A stretch of DNA of 24,000 nucleotides, taken from the NCBI GenBank assembly GCA_030621845.1, contig JAUXHA010000033.1, positions 1,604 to 25,603 of the forward strand, written 5' to 3'. Shown one piece after another: positions 8,912 to 17,011 of this stretch. Within the stretch, counting starts at the first letter, position 1. Each line of letters begins with the position of its first letter. Made by a program: the position numbers and the translations under genes. This DNA comes from Spongiibacteraceae bacterium (GTDB lineage: Bacteria > Pseudomonadota > Gammaproteobacteria > Pseudomonadales > Dasaniaceae). A model generated the notes under the pieces. That model ran no database searches and was not told the origin of the DNA. It was given only the letters and a program-made list of their open reading frames with translations.

Positions 8912-10459
8912 GTGAGTCGAATTATCCGCCTGGGGAAAATCATTGGCACTATTATCCATTATCGGCTGGATACCCTGTTGGATATTGATAACTCATCCGG
9001 CAAATTAGCGTGGCTGCTAACAACCGTGTCATCGCGCTTCCTTCCCAAGCCTGAGCGATCACGCGGTGAACGCTTGCGGCTGGCGTTGGAATCACTGGGT
9101 CCGATTTTTGTTAAATTTGGCCAGATGCTTTCTACCCGTCGCGACCTGATCCCCATCGACATTGCCGATGAACTGGCCAAACTACAGGATCAGGTACCAC
9201 CCTTCCCACAGCAGCAAGCCATTGCCACTATCGAAGCCGCACTGGGCGAATCGGTCGATACCATTTTCGCCCGCTTTAGCGCCGAACCCATGGCCTCCGC
9301 CTCCGTCGCCCAGGTGCATGCGGCAACATTGCATAGCGGCGAACAAGTGGTGGTCAAGGTTGTGCGCCCGGGCATCAAAAAAATTATTACCCAGGACATC
9401 AAATTACTATTTACCCTTGCTCGACTGATAGAAAAATACCTGCCCGATGGCAAGCGTTTGCGCCCCGTAGAAGTGATTGCAGATTACCAGCTAACCATTC
9501 TCGACGAACTGGACTTACAACGAGAAGCGGCCAACACATCTCAACTACGCAGAAATTTTGAGCACTCTGACTCGCTGTATGTGCCCGCCGTCCATTTCGA
9601 TTACACCCGCCGCAATGTTCTGGTAATGGAGCGGATAGACGGCATATCAGTCACCGACCTGCCGGCACTGACAGCACAAAATACCAACATGAAATTACTC
9701 GCTGAACGGGGAGTGGAAACCTTTTTCACCCAGGTATTTCGCGACAGTTTTTTTCACGCCGACATGCACCCTGGTAATGTCTTCATCGCCAAACAACACC
9801 CCGAATCACCACAGTACATTGTCATTGATTGCGCCATTATTGGCAGCCTCAGTGATTTCGACCAATACTACCTGGCCCGCAACCTGCTCGCTATTTTTCA
9901 CCGCGATTACCGCTTGGTGGCTGAGCTTCACATCGAATGTGGCTGGGTACCACCCGATACCCGGGCCCATGAATTTGAATCGGCAATCCGCAGCGCCTGT
10001 GAGCCCATTTTCGCCAAACCGCTGAAGGAGATTTCCTTCGGCCAGATGTTGATTTATCTGTTCCAGACCGCCCGACGCTTTGATATGGAGATACAGCCGT
10101 CCCTGGTTCTATTACAAAAAACCTTATTGAACATCGAAGGCATGGGGCGCGACTTATACCCCGAGCTTAATCTCTGGGATACTGCCCAGCCGTTTCTGGA
10201 AAACTGGATTAAAGACCGCTATGGCCGCGACGGCATCTCTCGACAACTGCAGAAAAAACTGCCCGGATGGCTGGAAAAATTACCCCAGCTACCCGATGCT
10301 GTTTTTGACACGCTAAAACAGAGTGCGCAGCTACAGCAAGCCTATAATAAACAGCAACGCCAACTCGAACTGCTTGAAAAACAGCTTCGATTACAGCATA
10401 TCAGCCAGTGGCTCATTCTGGGCGTGGCCCTCACTGCCCTGTACCTCTACTGGATTTAA
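8912..10459 (+). CDS. ubiB: Ubiquinone biosynthesis regulatory kinase-like protein UbiB (ABC1/AarF family)
   Basis: 515 aa with a GTG start. ABC1 family motifs are present ([47 protein letters not shown]), along with a C-terminal TM helix. The gene is followed by hisIE-tatABC, as in Pseudomonas. Confidence 0.9.
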   Translation: MSRIIRLGKIIGTIIHYRLDTLLDIDNSSGKLAWLLTTVSSRFLPKPERSRGERLRLALESLGPIFVKFGQMLSTRRDLIPIDIADELAKLQDQVPPFPQQQAIATIEAALGESVDTIFARFSAEPMASASVAQVHAATLHSGEQVVVKVVRPGIKKIITQDIKLLFTLARLIEKYLPDGKRLRPVEVIADYQLTILDELDLQREAANTSQLRRNFEHSDSLYVPAVHFDYTRRNVLVMERIDGISVTDLPALTAQNTNMKLLAERGVETFFTQVFRDSFFHADMHPGNVFIAKQHPESPQYIVIDCAIIGSLSDFDQYYLARNLLAIFHRDYRLVAELHIECGWVPPDTRAHEFESAIRSACEPIFAKPLKEISFGQMLIYLFQTARRFDMEIQPSLVLLQKTLLNIEGMGRDLYPELNLWDTAQPFLENWIKDRYGRDGISRQLQKKLPGWLEKLPQLPDAVFDTLKQSAQLQQAYNKQQRQLELLEKQLRLQHISQWLILGVALTALYLYWI

Positions 10460-10577
10460 TTGCCACGCTTTCCCGACAAGGTCGCGACCACGATAACCCC
10501 TGCGGTTTCATCGGCTAAGCCGGGCAGCGTGACACGCTAGACTTTTTCAGAGGTGCCCTAGTGAGAATACACGGGGT

Positions 10578-10607
10578 CTATGCCATAATGTGTCATTAAC
10601 GGCATAG
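10578..10607 (+). promoter_or_regulatory. Nested inverted repeat / hairpin 16 nt upstream of hisI
   Basis: CTATGCC-A-TAATG-TGT-CATTA-AC-GGCATAG gives 12 potential base pairs. No T-tract follows on either strand, so this is not a classical terminator. Function is unknown. Confidence 0.3.
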
Positions 10608-10622
10608 AAATAGAATGCGACA

Positions 10623-11018
10623 ATGAACGACAGCTATCTCGATCAAATCCAGTGGACCAGCGATGGACTGGTTCCCGCCATCGCCCAGGACCATCAAACC
10701 GGCCAGGTACTGATGGTGGCATGGATGAATCGGGAATCCCTGGCCTTGAGCATAGCGGAGCAGCGCGCCGTATACTGGTCGCGCTCTCGACAAAAACTTT
10801 GGCGCAAGGGTGAACAATCGGGCAATGCACAGCATCTCAAAGACATTCGACTGGATTGTGATGCCGATGCATTGCTTCTTTGCGTCGAGCAGGTGGGAGG
10901 CATAGCCTGTCACACTGGCAGGCAGCACTGTTTTTACCGCCGCCTGCAAGATGGCCAATGGCAAACCGTAGAGCCGGTCATCAAGGACCCTGAACAACTG
11001 TATGGAAAATCACCCTGA
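10623..11018 (+). CDS. hisI: Phosphoribosyl-AMP cyclohydrolase
   Basis: 131 aa. HisI motifs are present ([38 protein letters not shown]). The stop overlaps the hisE start (TGATG). Confidence 0.9.
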   Translation: MNDSYLDQIQWTSDGLVPAIAQDHQTGQVLMVAWMNRESLALSIAEQRAVYWSRSRQKLWRKGEQSGNAQHLKDIRLDCDADALLLCVEQVGGIACHTGRQHCFYRRLQDGQWQTVEPVIKDPEQLYGKSP

Positions 11019-11353
11019 TGAGTGATGTATTAGCTGAATTAGCCACCGTACTGGCTTCCCGCAAAGCAGAAGCCAATCCGGATTCCTCATATGTTGCCAG
11101 CTTGCATCATAAAGGCTTGAACAAAATCCTGGAAAAACTGGGCGAAGAGGCGATAGAAACCATTATCGCCGCGAAGGAGGCCCGGATCAGCGGTAACGAT
11201 GACGATGTAATTTATGAAGTGGCGGATCTGTGGTTTCACAGCCTGGTCATGCTGTCCGAACTTGAACTGGATTACAACGCGGTACTGGATGAATTAAAAC
11301 GGCGCTTTGACCTGTCCGGGCTGGAAGAAAAAGCCTCCCGCAACAAAGCGTAA
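11018..11353 (+). CDS. hisE: Phosphoribosyl-ATP pyrophosphatase
   Basis: 111 aa. It has the MazG-like HisE pattern (SYVASL...[16 protein letters not shown]...E.ADLWFH..V.L). Confidence 0.9.
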   Translation: MSDVLAELATVLASRKAEANPDSSYVASLHHKGLNKILEKLGEEAIETIIAAKEARISGNDDDVIYEVADLWFHSLVMLSELELDYNAVLDELKRRFDLSGLEEKASRNKA

Positions 11354-11384
11354 GTGAATTAACACGATAGATCGGAGATAAACT

Positions 11385-11591
11385 ATGGGTATTGGTGGAA
11401 TTGGTATTTGGCAACTGCTGATCATATTAGCCATTGTCATTATGTTATTTGGTACCAAGCGACTTCGTAACCTGGGCGGCGACGTCGGTTCAGCGATCAA
11501 GGGATTTCGAAATTCGATGCAAGGTGACGAAGAAAATCCTGAGGACAAGACTGAGGATGAAGCCGAGAAAACTGACAATAGCAGCAAATAA
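11385..11591 (+). CDS. tatA: Twin-arginine translocase subunit TatA
   Basis: 68 aa. It has an N-terminal TM helix plus hinge [10 protein letters not shown], an amphipathic helix and an acidic tail. A GGAG RBS lies upstream. Confidence 0.9.
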   Translation: MGIGGIGIWQLLIILAIVIMLFGTKRLRNLGGDVGSAIKGFRNSMQGDEENPEDKTEDEAEKTDNSSK

Positions 11592-11604
11592 GCAGTAAGG
11601 CATC

Positions 11605-11934
11605 ATGTTTGATATCGGGTTTTTAGAGCTAATTTTCGTTGCAATTATTGCCCTGCTGGTAATGGGGCCGGAAAGGTTGCCTGGTGCCATTCGCACAGGC
11701 AGTCTGTGGCTGGCGCGTTTAAAAAACAGCTTTCAACAAATTAAAAACGATTTTGAACACGAAATCGGCGCCGACAGCATCAAGCAACAAATTCACAATG
11801 AAAGCCTGCTCGACAGCCTTACCAACTCCAAGGATGAGCTACTGGAGATTGGCGAGCAACTACGCAAGGACGCCGGCAAATTACAATATGATATTGACGA
11901 TGTTATCAACAAAAAAAATGAGCCACCGGAATGA
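11605..11934 (+). CDS. tatB: Twin-arginine translocase subunit TatB
   Basis: 109 aa. The N-terminus is [26 protein letters not shown], typical of TatB. It overlaps tatC by 4 nt (ATGA). Confidence 0.87.
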   Translation: MFDIGFLELIFVAIIALLVMGPERLPGAIRTGSLWLARLKNSFQQIKNDFEHEIGADSIKQQIHNESLLDSLTNSKDELLEIGEQLRKDAGKLQYDIDDVINKKNEPPE

Positions 11935-12689
11935 ACAATGATTCCCATCAGGATGCGCTCGACCAAGATGCCGACGAAGATGACCGCACCCAGCCGCTGA
12001 TTGCTCATCTCACGGAATTACGTGACCGCCTGTTACACTCTGTAGTGGCGATTCTGGTGATTTTTCTTTCGCTGTTTTATTTTGCCAATGATATTTACTA
12101 TTTTGTTTCGGAGCCCCTGCGCCAGTTCCTTCCCGAAGGGACCACAATGATTGCTACGGATGTAGCCTCACCCTTCCTGACTCCGTTCAAACTAACCCTG
12201 GTGGCATCGATTGTCTTTGCCATGCCTTTTTTACTGTACCAGGCCTGGAGCTTTATCGCCCCGGGGATGTACCAGAAAGAAAAGCGCATCGCCATTCCCT
12301 TGCTGATTTCCAGTATTGTTTTGTTCTATGCCGGACTGGCCTTTGCCTACTATGTGGTGTTCCCGCTGGTGTTCGGCTTTTTTAGCAGTGTTGCCCCTGA
12401 AGGCGTTAGCTACACACCTGATATCGCCCGCTTTCTGGACATGGTACTGAAACTGTTTTTTGCCTTTGGTATTGCTTTTGAAATTCCTATCGCCACGGTA
12501 TTAATGATCTGGGCAGGCATTACCACGCCCGCCGCACTGGTAGAAAAACGCCCCTATATTGTTGTCGGCTGTTTTATCTTCGGCATGCTACTGACACCAC
12601 CCGATATTATCTCCCAGGCGCTGCTGGCAATCCCAATGTGGCTACTGTTTGAACTAGGAATTATTTTTGGCCGAATGATCAAGAAATAG
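11931..12689 (+). CDS. tatC: Twin-arginine translocase subunit TatC
   Basis: 252 aa. It has the conserved HL.ELR.RL motif and a polytopic (six hydrophobic segment) TatC architecture. Confidence 0.92.
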   Translation: MNNDSHQDALDQDADEDDRTQPLIAHLTELRDRLLHSVVAILVIFLSLFYFANDIYYFVSEPLRQFLPEGTTMIATDVASPFLTPFKLTLVASIVFAMPFLLYQAWSFIAPGMYQKEKRIAIPLLISSIVLFYAGLAFAYYVVFPLVFGFFSSVAPEGVSYTPDIARFLDMVLKLFFAFGIAFEIPIATVLMIWAGITTPAALVEKRPYIVVGCFIFGMLLTPPDIISQALLAIPMWLLFELGIIFGRMIKK

Positions 12690-12724
12690 TTTTCCAACTC
12701 ACCTTATTCACCACAGATAAAATC

Positions 12725-13762
12725 ATGACAAGCACAATCAATCATCGTCGTTACAAGATAATCCTGGTGGCGCTGGGCTGGCTTAATTTTACCGCAGTAG
12801 CACTAGCCGATGAACTACCCACGGTAAATGATCTGCTAGTTGACACGCCTTTTCGTTCAAACCACAGCAAACAGGTTCTGGCCGGGGAAATTGCCAGCAC
12901 CAAGGTTGTTCCAGTATCAAAGTCCGAACTGGCTCAAGGCGTTGCCTGCCTGATTAAGGGCGACAAACTGGACCGCCTCGCCTCCGTCCAGGGTGCCACC
13001 TGGCTGGCACCCGAGCGGCAGATTATCAGCAGCGCCAGAATACCGAATCACGCATCGGTAACTGATTTTAATGCTATCCAGCTGCAGCCGAAATACAGCG
13101 ATGAAATAAACGCCTACATGAAGGCCAAAGCCGGCAATCAATTAAATCTTTCCCTCACAGAAATATCGGCCTTTAATGCGCTACAAAGCAGCGAAGACCC
13201 ACAATTAACACTGAACGGTGTCGACCCGCTGATACAGAAAAATTTACTGTCCCGATACCGGGAGTACCGAGAGCAGGGATTAAAAAACCTGTCGCCTTAT
13301 GCTCGAACTCGAGGCAAGGAAGTCCAGCCAGGAAAACAATTAATGATTTCTCTGGAGGAATCATTAGCACTAAAGAGAATATACCCAAAAATTTATAATG
13401 CGCTTGAGCAATACCCCCAAGCCAGCAGCGATGTCGTAGCGGTAGAAGATTATTTTTCGTATATGGTGGACTTGAATGATCGCCCCGCTATCGGCTTAAG
13501 CCATCGCCTCCGCATCCACGCCGAAGGCGCAAGCTTTGTTATCGAGCGCGGTTATTACATCAGCCATACACTGGATACTGTACAGATTGTGGTGGCGTTA
13601 ATTCCGGTTCAGGAAGGCATGCTACTGATCTACACCAACCGCACCTGGACAGAAAAAATTACCGGCTTGTTCAGCCTGATCAAACGAAGAATTGCCTACA
13701 ACATCATGATTGCTGAAATGGAACATGTAATGAAAAATATCGATCTATGCGGCGCGTCCTGA
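12725..13762 (+). CDS. Hypothetical exported protein (family not recognised)
   Basis: 345 aa. It starts 35 nt after tatC on the same strand. The N-terminus MTSTINHRRYKIILVALGWLNFTAVALA|DE has a signal-peptide shape with an RR pair and an AxA cleavage site. I can name no known domain and see no obvious SD sequence. Confidence 0.6.
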   Translation: MTSTINHRRYKIILVALGWLNFTAVALADELPTVNDLLVDTPFRSNHSKQVLAGEIASTKVVPVSKSELAQGVACLIKGDKLDRLASVQGATWLAPERQIISSARIPNHASVTDFNAIQLQPKYSDEINAYMKAKAGNQLNLSLTEISAFNALQSSEDPQLTLNGVDPLIQKNLLSRYREYREQGLKNLSPYARTRGKEVQPGKQLMISLEESLALKRIYPKIYNALEQYPQASSDVVAVEDYFSYMVDLNDRPAIGLSHRLRIHAEGASFVIERGYYISHTLDTVQIVVALIPVQEGMLLIYTNRTWTEKITGLFSLIKRRIAYNIMIAEMEHVMKNIDLCGAS

Positions 13763-13796
13763 ATAGAACCATTCAACAAGGCAACGCCTGCGGCCA

Positions 13797-14222
13797 TTAG
13801 CACTCCAGCTCAATAATCTCATAGCTATGACTGACATCGACCCCGGCAGCCTCCATCATAATGGAAGCAGAACAGTATTTTTCAGCCGACAGGCTCACCG
13901 CCCTTTTCACCTGCGCTTCCTTGAGCTTTCGCCCACTGACAATAAACTTAAGGTGTATTTTGGTAAATACCGCTGGCACCGCATCGGCACGTTCCGCCTC
14001 AACTTCCACCTTGCAGGTATCAACCTGCTGACGAGATTTCTGTAAAATACCCAGCACATCAAAAGTGGCGCAGCCACCCATGCCCAGCACCAGCATTTCC
14101 ATCGGCCGAATACCCATATTTCGACCACCCAATTCCGGCGGGCCGTCCATCACTACCGCATGCCCACTCCCCGACTCACCGAGGAACATAACCCCGTCCA
14201 CCCACTTCACAGTTGCTTTCAT
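13797..14222 (-). CDS. yhfA: OsmC-family protein, YhfA-like
   Basis: It is colinear with E. coli YhfA as I recall it: KATVKWVDGVMFLGESGSGH vs ARVKWVEGLTFLGESASGH; PMEM...GGC; LSAEKYCS; THSYE. It is divergent from crp/vfr, as in E. coli. The start is set at ATG 14222 (MKATVKW) rather than the track start 14267. Confidence 0.85.
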   Translation of the reverse strand: MKATVKWVDGVMFLGESGSGHAVVMDGPPELGGRNMGIRPMEMLVLGMGGCATFDVLGILQKSRQQVDTCKVEVEAERADAVPAVFTKIHLKFIVSGRKLKEAQVKRAVSLSAEKYCSASIMMEAAGVDVSHSYEIIELEC

Positions 14223-14404
14223 AGATACGTCTTCTTCACGGTTGTCATCAGCCGGCAAGCTTATCATAAGCCGCTTAAGGCTGCGCCCTGCACGGCCTAT
14301 CGGCAGGCATACACTGATTCACGTTAAAGCTAGCGCTATCGTCAATTTGAAGCCATACTGACAGTCTGATTATTACAGCATTATGTACAGCGAGGGACAA
14401 TCCG

Positions 14405-15040
14405 TTGGTTAGCGTAACTCTCAACCCCCACATCAAAGATGTAGAGGAATTTCTCAATCACTGTCACCGCCGCCGCTACCCGGCGAAAAGTACTATTATC
14501 TACGCCGGTGATAGCAGTGATTCCCTCTACTATATTGTCGATGGTTCCGTGACCGTCATTATCGAGAACGATGAGGGCCGCGAAATGATTGTCGCCTATC
14601 TCAACAAGGGCGACTTTTTCGGTGAAATGGGCCTGTTTGACCAGGAAGACTCGCGCAGTGCCTGGGTTCGGGCCAAGACCGAATGTGAGGTCGGTGAAAT
14701 CAGCTATGCGAAATTTAACGAGCTGAGCGAAAGCAGACCTGAAATCCTCCAGACCATTGGCACACAGATGGCACACCGGTTGCGCCAGACGACTCGCAAG
14801 GTGGGCGATCTGGCATTTTTGGATGTCACCGGCCGGGTTGCCCGCACGCTGCTGGATCTCTGCAAACAACCCGATGCCATGACTCACCCCGATGGCATGC
14901 AAATCAAAATTACTCGCCAGGAAATTGGCCGCATTGTTGGCTGCTCCCGGGAAATGGTTGGCAGGGTATTAAAAACCCTGGAAGAACAGGGGCTGGTTAA
15001 TGTTAAGGGTAAGACCATGGTGGTTTTTGGTACTCGATAA
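14405..15040 (+). CDS. vfr: cAMP receptor protein family global regulator (Vfr/CRP)
   Basis: 211 aa. It is near-identical over long stretches to Pseudomonas Vfr and E. coli CRP: [96 protein letters not shown]. The start is TTG with a GAGGGA SD 7 nt upstream. No in-frame ATG or GTG exists after the upstream stop at 14348-14350. Confidence 0.94.
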   Translation: MVSVTLNPHIKDVEEFLNHCHRRRYPAKSTIIYAGDSSDSLYYIVDGSVTVIIENDEGREMIVAYLNKGDFFGEMGLFDQEDSRSAWVRAKTECEVGEISYAKFNELSESRPEILQTIGTQMAHRLRQTTRKVGDLAFLDVTGRVARTLLDLCKQPDAMTHPDGMQIKITRQEIGRIVGCSREMVGRVLKTLEEQGLVNVKGKTMVVFGTR

Positions 15041-15061
15041 GCCAGCCACCGGTAATCGATC

Positions 15062-15089
15062 AAGGCCGCAACAACTGTTGCGGCCTTTT
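15062..15089 (+). terminator. Rho-independent terminator of vfr
   Basis: AAGGCCGCAAC-AACT-GTTGCGGCCTT forms an 11-bp GC-rich stem with a 4-nt loop and runs into a TTTT tract. It begins 22 nt after the vfr stop. Confidence 0.75.
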
Positions 15090-15100
15090 CATTTCAGCGT

Positions 15101-15766
15101 TCAGGGATTTTTATCGCCGGCCAGGTTTAACACCGCCGCTACACACTGCGTAATGCCCTTGTAGGCGTCCAATACACAGTCGGCCAGCATATAAGCCGGT
15201 GTTGTCACCAGCTTTCTCTCCTTATCAATCACCACCTTATCGACCGGACACACCCTGTGCTCGCCGCCCATGGCCTTAATCGCGGCCGCTGTTTCGCTAT
15301 CATCACCAATAGTGCAGCTCACACCTTCGCCACATATTGCCGCAGCCATAGTGGGTGCGATACAGATTAAACCAATCGGTTTCCCGCCCAGATGCATGGC
15401 GCGGGCAAACTGGAGAAAGTCTGCCTGCACCGTCATCGCGTTACCGCTGACAGCAAAATCCGAGAGATTTTTTGCCGCCCCAAAACCACCGGGTACCAGC
15501 AACGCATCGAAGTCGTCCGCATCGGCCTCAGCCAACGGCTGTATATTACCTCGAGCAATCCGCGCTGCTTCAACTAGCACATTGCGTGTTTCACCCACGG
15601 CAACGTCCCCGTTAAGATGATTAATCACATGCAGTTGCTCAATATCAGGCGCAAAGCACTGGTAACGGGCTCCGGCCTGCTCCAAGGCCAACAAGCTCAA
15701 TACCGCCTCATTAATTTCGGCGCCATCGTAAACACCGCATCCCGCCAATACCACCGCTACTTTCAT
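15101..15766 (-). CDS. elbB: ElbB, DJ-1/PfpI-superfamily protein (glyoxalase-like)
   Basis: It is colinear with E. coli ElbB as I recall it: VVLAGCGVYDGAEINEAVL, CFAPD, VINHL, TRNVLVEAARIARG, LLVPGGFGAAKNLS, ICIAP, VTTPAYML. The start is ATG 15766 or 15769 (MMKV), preceded by GGGAGAGGA. It lies 21-24 nt downstream of the methyltransferase stop. Confidence 0.88.
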   Translation of the reverse strand: MKVAVVLAGCGVYDGAEINEAVLSLLALEQAGARYQCFAPDIEQLHVINHLNGDVAVGETRNVLVEAARIARGNIQPLAEADADDFDALLVPGGFGAAKNLSDFAVSGNAMTVQADFLQFARAMHLGGKPIGLICIAPTMAAAICGEGVSCTIGDDSETAAAIKAMGGEHRVCPVDKVVIDKERKLVTTPAYMLADCVLDAYKGITQCVAAVLNLAGDKNP

Positions 15767-15790
15767 CATTCCTCTCCCGATCAAACATAA

Positions 15791-16906
15791 CTAGCAACAA
15801 GCGCCATCAGTCGCACCGCCGTGCAAGCTGCCTTTGGTTTCCTGTACCCCGCGCAAGGTACCGGGCGCCGCATTAAAACAACCGTTATTGACTGCGGTTG
15901 ACGACGAAATACAGACAAAATCCCCCGCATAGGGGCCATCGGCAAGCAATTCAAAGGTACGTCGGGAAACCGCAATGCGCTGCCCGCGCGGATACACATT
16001 ACCCAAATCATCATGCACTGACTGGTAAGGCCCCTTATAAATAACAGCATCACCACCATCAAATAACTGAGTGTGCGCCGGTTTGGTTGCGATCAGGGTC
16101 ACCGAACGAAATTCAATCCCCTCAACGACCTGCCAGGCTTGCTGGTCCCACTTGTCATAGGCAACACCGATAAAGCCCGCATCCAGGAATGCCTGTAAAA
16201 ACTCCTGCTCAAGAAAAGCACCGGAAATACAACCACTCCATAAGTTGGGGTCATTCTGTAAATGCTCGGGAATTTCCTCATCGGCGACAATATCCGAAAT
16301 AGCCACGCGACCGCCCGGGGCTATTACCCGAAAAATTTCTTCAATCATTTGCTGGCGGTGTTTTTTTTCTACCAGGTTCAACACGCAATTAGAAATCACC
16401 AGGTTCACCGAGGCATCAGCAATGAGCGGTGACGCTTCTCTCTGCTGCTGTTTCCAGGCTTCCAGGGATTGTAAATCCGCCGCACTGCTGACCGCTTGTG
16501 TAGATAAACGCTGCTCCAGCGCATCAAGACTCAAGGCAAGATCCTGAATATATCCCTTGCGAAATTCCACCCTGTCACCACCGAGTTTTTCGGCCATGGG
16601 CTGTTGGTATTTTCTCGCCAAAGCCAGCATATCATCAGTCATATCGACACCAATAACACGGCCCTGCTCACCAACCAGTTGCGCCGCCATATAGCAAATT
16701 TTGCCACCCCCGGAACCGAGATCCAATACCACATCACCCTCGCGAACATAGCGCGAGGGGTCACCACAGCCATAGTCCTTATCGATGATTTCCTGGGGCA
16801 ATAAGGCCAATAGCGATTGATCGTAATCCACTGGGCAGCACAAGGCCTCCTGTCTGGACTGCGCCCCCTCTGCGTATCGTTCCTGTACTACTGTTTCCAC
16901 TGACAT
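15791..16906 (-). CDS. AS3MT/ArsM-type (arsenite-methyltransferase family) SAM-dependent methyltransferase, three-domain form
   Basis: 371 aa.
- N-terminal region: VQERYAEGA...LCCP and DYGCGDP.
- SAM motif I: VLDLGSGGG, then VIGVDMTDDML.
- Further family motifs: ISNCVLNL, PGGRVAISD, LWSGCISGA.
- Cysteines at 23/24, 47, 174 and 226 match the pattern of the four conserved ArsM cysteines.
- The C-terminal domain resembles that of human AS3MT (AVIYKGPY...FELL...DF), and the protein ends in a terminal ACC.
- A GGAG RBS lies 7 nt upstream. Confidence 0.75.
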   Translation of the reverse strand: MSVETVVQERYAEGAQSRQEALCCPVDYDQSLLALLPQEIIDKDYGCGDPSRYVREGDVVLDLGSGGGKICYMAAQLVGEQGRVIGVDMTDDMLALARKYQQPMAEKLGGDRVEFRKGYIQDLALSLDALEQRLSTQAVSSAADLQSLEAWKQQQREASPLIADASVNLVISNCVLNLVEKKHRQQMIEEIFRVIAPGGRVAISDIVADEEIPEHLQNDPNLWSGCISGAFLEQEFLQAFLDAGFIGVAYDKWDQQAWQVVEGIEFRSVTLIATKPAHTQLFDGGDAVIYKGPYQSVHDDLGNVYPRGQRIAVSRRTFELLADGPYAGDFVCISSSTAVNNGCFNAAPGTLRGVQETKGSLHGGATDGACC

Positions 16907-17011
16907 TGCCTTACTCCACTGCTTTCGGCGTTAAGTTAAATTGTCCGCAACACATTAGCCTAAATCCAGATGCTCACTCTTAACCTCCTGGCGAGCGGGA
17001 CAGGGCATCCA

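Noticed and set aside
10596-10997. A 133-aa minus-strand ORF, with further overlapping ORFs at 10558..10830 and 10694..10903.
   Set aside because: These are antisense to, or out of frame with, the well-supported hisI.
14305-14330. A possible Vfr/CRP autoregulatory site (TCACG half-site at 14319-14323) upstream of vfr.
   Set aside because: Only one half-site is present. The sequence 6 nt upstream does not resemble TGTGA, so there is no credible palindromic CRP box.
14381-14902. A 173-aa minus-strand ORF.
   Set aside because: It is entirely antisense to the unmistakable vfr/crp coding sequence and has no recognisable motifs. It is a typical shadow ORF.
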